From a virus (taxonomy: Duplodnaviria; Caudoviricetes): DNA of 28,999 bases. The notes below the pieces were generated by a model that worked only from the letters and a program-made list of their open reading frames with translations, had not been told where the DNA came from and did no database searches. This document shows positions 25,199-28,999 of the stretch, in pieces. The DNA is taken from positions 1-28,999 of IMG/VR virus record IMGVR_UViG_3300009605_000095; one strand, written 5' to 3'. The position numbers and the translations under genes were made by a program. Every line of letters begins with the position of its first letter. Positions within the stretch are counted from its first letter, which is position 1.

Positions 25199-28100
25199 AT
25201 GCCACAAATACATAATATTCGGGTCAATAATTCCAGCTATAGGGTTGAAGTAGCAAACACTCCTCACCTCACTAGTCTTGGATTGTCTTTTAGAACGCAT
25301 CTCCCATCTAATGGAGGGATGCTTTTTGTTTTTCCAGATGAGGTTAATCGTATATTTCATATGAGAAATATGAAGATTCCTTTGGACATTATTTTTATTG
25401 GGGCTGATAAACGAGTCAAATGGATTATCGAGAATGCTCAACCTGATAATGAGCGTTTGGTTTCTTTGCGTCCATCTAAATATGTTTTGGAAGTTAATGC
25501 TGGAGATGTAAAGAAAAACAGTATCAGTATGCATTCAAAACTGGATACACTAAATAACCCTCTGATAAAGTCTTCAGATACATTAGAAGGATGGATACAG
25601 AAGCAAGATGGTGGTGGTGATGGTGGTGGTTTTTCTGGTACTGCACATACATCAGAAGGAACCAATACTTTCACTCGTACATTTGGCCCTAGTAAAGATA
25701 ATAAAAAACCGTGGGCAGGGAAGAAGAAAAAGAACTGGGCTAAGATTTTAACGTCTGCTCCTGATGAAGAACATATAACTGTAGCCATGCTTAATGAGTG
25801 GCTTGAGAAACAAGAAAGAGATATTCCTTCAGAGATGCGGAGAAGGGGATTAGAGCCGAAGACAGGGGATTGGGAGCATCCGTATCGGTGGGTTCGTAGT
25901 ATCGACTCGTCTACACTATCTCCACCTGAAAAGATACAGTCTATAATCGAATCTGCACCTGATTTGAAACATGTGTTGGATAGTTTATCTGAGGTCGGAC
26001 AACCTTATTTAGTTGGTGGTTGTGTTAGAGACATTTTGATAGGCAAGGATTGTAAGGACTTTGATATTGAGATGTATGGAGTCCCACAAGATGAATTAGG
26101 GGAACTCATACAGAGTAGATTTGGAGGAAGTTCAGAACAAGTTGGTAAGCAATTTGGTGTGTTTAAGGTTGGGGATTTTGATATTTCTCTTCCACGAACT
26201 GAGACACAAACTGGGGAGAAACATACTGATTTTGATGTAGTACCAGACCATACTCTTGACCCTATGACTGCTGCCAGACGTAGGGATTTCACCATTAATG
26301 CGATGATGTATGATGTAAAAGAGGGTACTATACTTGATTTCTTTGGAGGTGAAGAAGACCTTAGTAATGGGCTGATTAAACATATTGATGATGAGACTTT
26401 TGTAGAAGACCCATTGAGAGTTTATCGTGCCGCACAGTTTGCTGCCAGATTTGGGTTTAATATTGACCCATCTACCCAAGAATTAGCATCTCAAATGGAT
26501 TTATCTAAGCTCCCTATAGAGAGGGTTAACGAAGAATTCACTAAGATGTTATTGAAGTCAGACACTCCATCTATTGGTTTGGATGCTTTGAGTGAGATGG
26601 GGGTATTGTCAAGATATTTTCCAGAGATAGCTATTTTGGATGAGACTCCTCAACGTGATGATTATCATGCAGAAGGCGATGTATTCATACATACTAAGAT
26701 GGTGCTTGATAGGGCTACGGATGTTATAAAGAGGTTCCCTTCAGACAAAGAAAAAATTACTATCATGTTGGCATCATTATGTCATGACCTTGGTAAACCA
26801 AGTACTACAGAATACCATTCAGATGGGTCAGTTTCTCAACATGGGCATGAAGCGGCTGGTATAGACCCCACTAGGTCATTTTTATCTAAATTGACCAGAG
26901 AGGTTGATTTGATTAATGATGTTGAATTTTTGGTTGAGAATCATCTTCTTCCTCCGAATTATTTTAGGAGTAAAACATCGGATGCTACGTTTAGGAAATT
27001 AATCAATCGTTATGGTATGCGAAGGCTAAAACTTTTATCCGCTGTTTCTGAGGCCGATATTCTTGGACGTTTGAATCGGGCCGAAGATGGGGGAATAGAA
27101 GAACCCGATAATGATGCTACTGAATGGTTTAATTTGAGATTGGATGAAGTAGCTGAAAAATCTAACCTAACTCTTGAAGGTACTATAAAACCTTTGATAA
27201 CTGGTCATGAATTGAAAGACATGGGTTTTACAGAGGGGAGAGAATTAGGAGATATTCTCAGAGATATTAAATCTCATCAAGAGACAGGGCAAATAGCTGA
27301 TTCATCTGAAGCCACTGAGTATGTACGAAATAAATATATGAGTAAGGGTCTTGGTGATTTGGTGGATTGGCTATTCAAAGCTGTATCTTCTGAATCAATA
27401 GCAGAAGCAAAGAGGAAAGGTTTGGTTCCTCAGTCTGGTGACTGGATTCGTCCCAAACGGTGGGTTCGGCCTGAAGACGCTGATGTTGTTGTTGAGGAAC
27501 CAGATGCTCCACGAGTTTATTCGTATGATGAAGTTAAAAAATTTGTGGAAGATAAAGTCTCTATTAATTTTGATTTTAATGAAAAGCAAAAACAACACGG
27601 CACATGGGCTGGTAGCGAAGAGTATAAACTTGCCTATGACCAAATTGAGGACATAATAGAAGTAGTTGTTGGCTCTTTTGACGGAGGTGAGGAAGGCCCA
27701 ACTCCTAAACATGTTTATGAGGGATTTGGGGAACCTAAGAGAGATAGACTGCATAGGCCAGTTGGGGGGAGAGAAGGGAAAAGAAATATACCTAAATGGC
27801 AATTAGATAGGTTTATAGGTAATTTTCAGTTAGAGTGGGATGAATCTCCCGGCGATTCCGATATGAAAACGAGAACAGGTGGTGAGTTTAGTGGGGTTGC
27901 TGCTCATTGTGATGTAGATAGTAATATAGTTCTTTGGAGAACAAAAAATCATGTTACATATGGGCAACAATATCCTGCTACAAGACACCAACATCTTGCT
28001 GAAATTGTGGTACATGAGTTAGGTCATGCTATAGTTTCTGATATGAGAGATGATGTTCCATCTTGGGTTACGGCGCATTTACGAAATGCTTATTCTAATG

Positions 28101-28999
28101 CTGTTGAATCAGGAAAAGGGTTTGTATCTAAGTATTCTACAGTGGATTCAAATGAGTTTTTTGCAGAATCCTTTAAGACATATATATCAAAAACTGATTT
28201 ATTAGAACGGACTAATCCTGAGATATTTGAGTTACTAGAAATATTAAATCAAGCTGATTCATTGGACTCTTTGCATAGACCGTTTACTGAAGAAGAGTTT
28301 GATAAATACGATTTAAAAAATATGTTTTCTCTTGCTTCTAAAGAATTTAAGCTTGCTTTTGAGCGATTTGAATATCATCTTGGTAGAGATTCTAGAAATA
28401 CAGGAGAAGAAGACATTGAAAAACGAAGAAAGCAAGTTGTAATAAACCTTTCTAACAATGTTCGTAACTCTATTGGTATGGGCCTTACTAAAGAAGATTT
28501 GATGGGACACTTACAAAGTCGAATAGAGTCTCAAGAACAAGTTAATCAAAGCATGAAAGGAATGCAAGAAAGAATAGATACGCTACCAGAATCAATGAGG
28601 GAAGTGGTTGAGTCATGGGAATTTAAAACTTATGACGAATTTTATCCGAATGTTAGACCAGTATATGAAGAAATAATTGATTCGGTTATTTCTACGTATT
28701 ATCCAGATTATGGAAATGTAGAGCCGTGGATTTCTATGTATGGACGAAAAGATGTAGATATTAAGAAACAGTCTTCCCATACATTTAAACCAATGGAAAG
28801 AAAAGACCTAAGTAAAATTGATGACCCAATAGAGATTGGTAATCCTGTTGATGAAGAATCTATACGTGAAGCATCCGAATTTATTAGGGAGCAAAAAGAG
28901 AAACAACTTTCGGATGATGAGTCTCTAGAAAAAGCTGTTTCTACTGAATCCATTGCTTCTGCAAAACGTAGGGGTCTTATACCGCAGTCTGGTGACTGG
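25199..28999 (+). CDS. 3'-truncated multidomain polyprotein: DUF192 + CCA-adding tRNA nucleotidyltransferase/HD + anthrax-LF-like zinc metalloprotease, joined by repeated peptide linkers
   Basis: Manual translation: ATG 25199 (in-frame TAA at 25178), no stop through 28999 (1267 codons). DUF192: VEVANT...GLSFR..GMLFVF...HMRNMKIPLDIIFI...YVLEVNAG. CCA: LVGGCVRD, DFD, RRDFTINA, EDPLR, CHDLGK. Protease: HELGH...SKY...NEFFAESF. Confidence 0.9.
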   Translation, partial: MPQIHNIRVNNSSYRVEVANTPHLTSLGLSFRTHLPSNGGMLFVFPDEVNRIFHMRNMKIPLDIIFIGADKRVKWIIENAQPDNERLVSLRPSKYVLEVNAGDVKKNSISMHSKLDTLNNPLIKSSDTLEGWIQKQDGGGDGGGFSGTAHTSEGTNTFTRTFGPSKDNKKPWAGKKKKNWAKILTSAPDEEHITVAMLNEWLEKQERDIPSEMRRRGLEPKTGDWEHPYRWVRSIDSSTLSPPEKIQSIIESAPDLKHVLDSLSEVGQPYLVGGCVRDILIGKDCKDFDIEMYGVPQDELGELIQSRFGGSSEQVGKQFGVFKVGDFDISLPRTETQTGEKHTDFDVVPDHTLDPMTAARRRDFTINAMMYDVKEGTILDFFGGEEDLSNGLIKHIDDETFVEDPLRVYRAAQFAARFGFNIDPSTQELASQMDLSKLPIERVNEEFTKMLLKSDTPSIGLDALSEMGVLSRYFPEIAILDETPQRDDYHAEGDVFIHTKMVLDRATDVIKRFPSDKEKITIMLASLCHDLGKPSTTEYHSDGSVSQHGHEAAGIDPTRSFLSKLTREVDLINDVEFLVENHLLPPNYFRSKTSDATFRKLINRYGMRRLKLLSAVSEADILGRLNRAEDGGIEEPDNDATEWFNLRLDEVAEKSNLTLEGTIKPLITGHELKDMGFTEGRELGDILRDIKSHQETGQIADSSEATEYVRNKYMSKGLGDLVDWLFKAVSSESIAEAKRKGLVPQSGDWIRPKRWVRPEDADVVVEEPDAPRVYSYDEVKKFVEDKVSINFDFNEKQKQHGTWAGSEEYKLAYDQIEDIIEVVVGSFDGGEEGPTPKHVYEGFGEPKRDRLHRPVGGREGKRNIPKWQLDRFIGNFQLEWDESPGDSDMKTRTGGEFSGVAAHCDVDSNIVLWRTKNHVTYGQQYPATRHQHLAEIVVHELGHAIVSDMRDDVPSWVTAHLRNAYSNAVESGKGFVSKYSTVDSNEFFAESFKTYISKTDLLERTNPEIFELLEILNQADSLDSLHRPFTEEEFDKYDLKNMFSLASKEFKLAFERFEYHLGRDSRNTGEEDIEKRRKQVVINLSNNVRNSIGMGLTKEDLMGHLQSRIESQEQVNQSMKGMQERIDTLPESMREVVESWEFKTYDEFYPNVRPVYEEIIDSVISTYYPDYGNVEPWISMYGRKDVDIKKQSSHTFKPMERKDLSKIDDPIEIGNPVDEESIREASEFIREQKEKQLSDDESLEKAVSTESIASAKRRGLIPQSGDW
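25799..25897 (+). repeat. Polyprotein linker repeat, copy 1
   Basis: WLEKQERDIPSEMRRRGLEPKTGDWEHPYRWVR. Confidence 0.8.
27368..27469 (+). repeat. Polyprotein linker repeat, copy 2
   Basis: WLFKAVSSESIAEAKRKGLVPQSGDWIRPKRWVR. Confidence 0.9.
28925..28999 (+). repeat. Polyprotein linker repeat, copy 3 (cut by window end)
   Basis: LEKAVSTESIASAKRRGLIPQSGDW; CAGTCTGGTGACTGG identical at 27431-27445 and 28985-28999. Confidence 0.9.

Noticed and set aside
1700-28953. All minus-strand ORFs and short alternative-frame plus-strand ORFs in the track
   Set aside because: They are shadows of long, motif-bearing + strand genes; those at 25151-28953 lie opposite or within the polyprotein ORF.
1-28999. 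Alternative genetic code or tRNA genes
   Set aside because: Genes are full length under the standard code with all three stops used; no cloverleaf or T-arm consensus noticed.
1-28999. Host assignment
   Set aside because: Sigma70 promoters, B12-dependent RNR and site avoidance are suggestive but do not identify a taxon without searches.

Overview
AT-rich fragment of a large tailed dsDNA phage genome (Caudoviricetes-like); every credible gene is on the + strand. Order: (1) early region (1-3980) with four similar sigma70-type promoters (TATTGACA -35), Hsp20, a candidate structured non-coding RNA (~890-1290), several tiny Cys4 zinc-finger ORFs, an AT-hook protein and a DUF932 protein; (2) replication/recombination block (SNF2 helicase, dCTP deaminase, DnaB-like helicase, DnaG-like primase, SSB, family A DNA polymerase, RecA-like, Vsr/DUF559-like and Cas4-like nucleases, UvsY-like, RuvC-like); (3) trypsin-like protease, terminase small and large subunits, class II ribonucleotide reductase and portal; (4) an ORF missing from the supplied track (25199 to beyond the window end, >=1267 codons) encoding DUF192 + a complete CCA-adding tRNA nucleotidyltransferase/HD enzyme + an anthrax-LF-like zinc metalloprotease, with the modules separated by a repeated ~33-aa peptide (LxK[A/Q]...[KR]R[RK]GLxPx[ST]GDWxxPxRWVR). 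The best candidates for new biology are this modular head-region polyprotein (hypothesis: capsid-packaged, protease-processed effector cargo) and the early ncRNA. GATC appears absent, and CCWGG/GGWCC appear avoided. All calls come from manual reading and motif recognition; no database searches were run.
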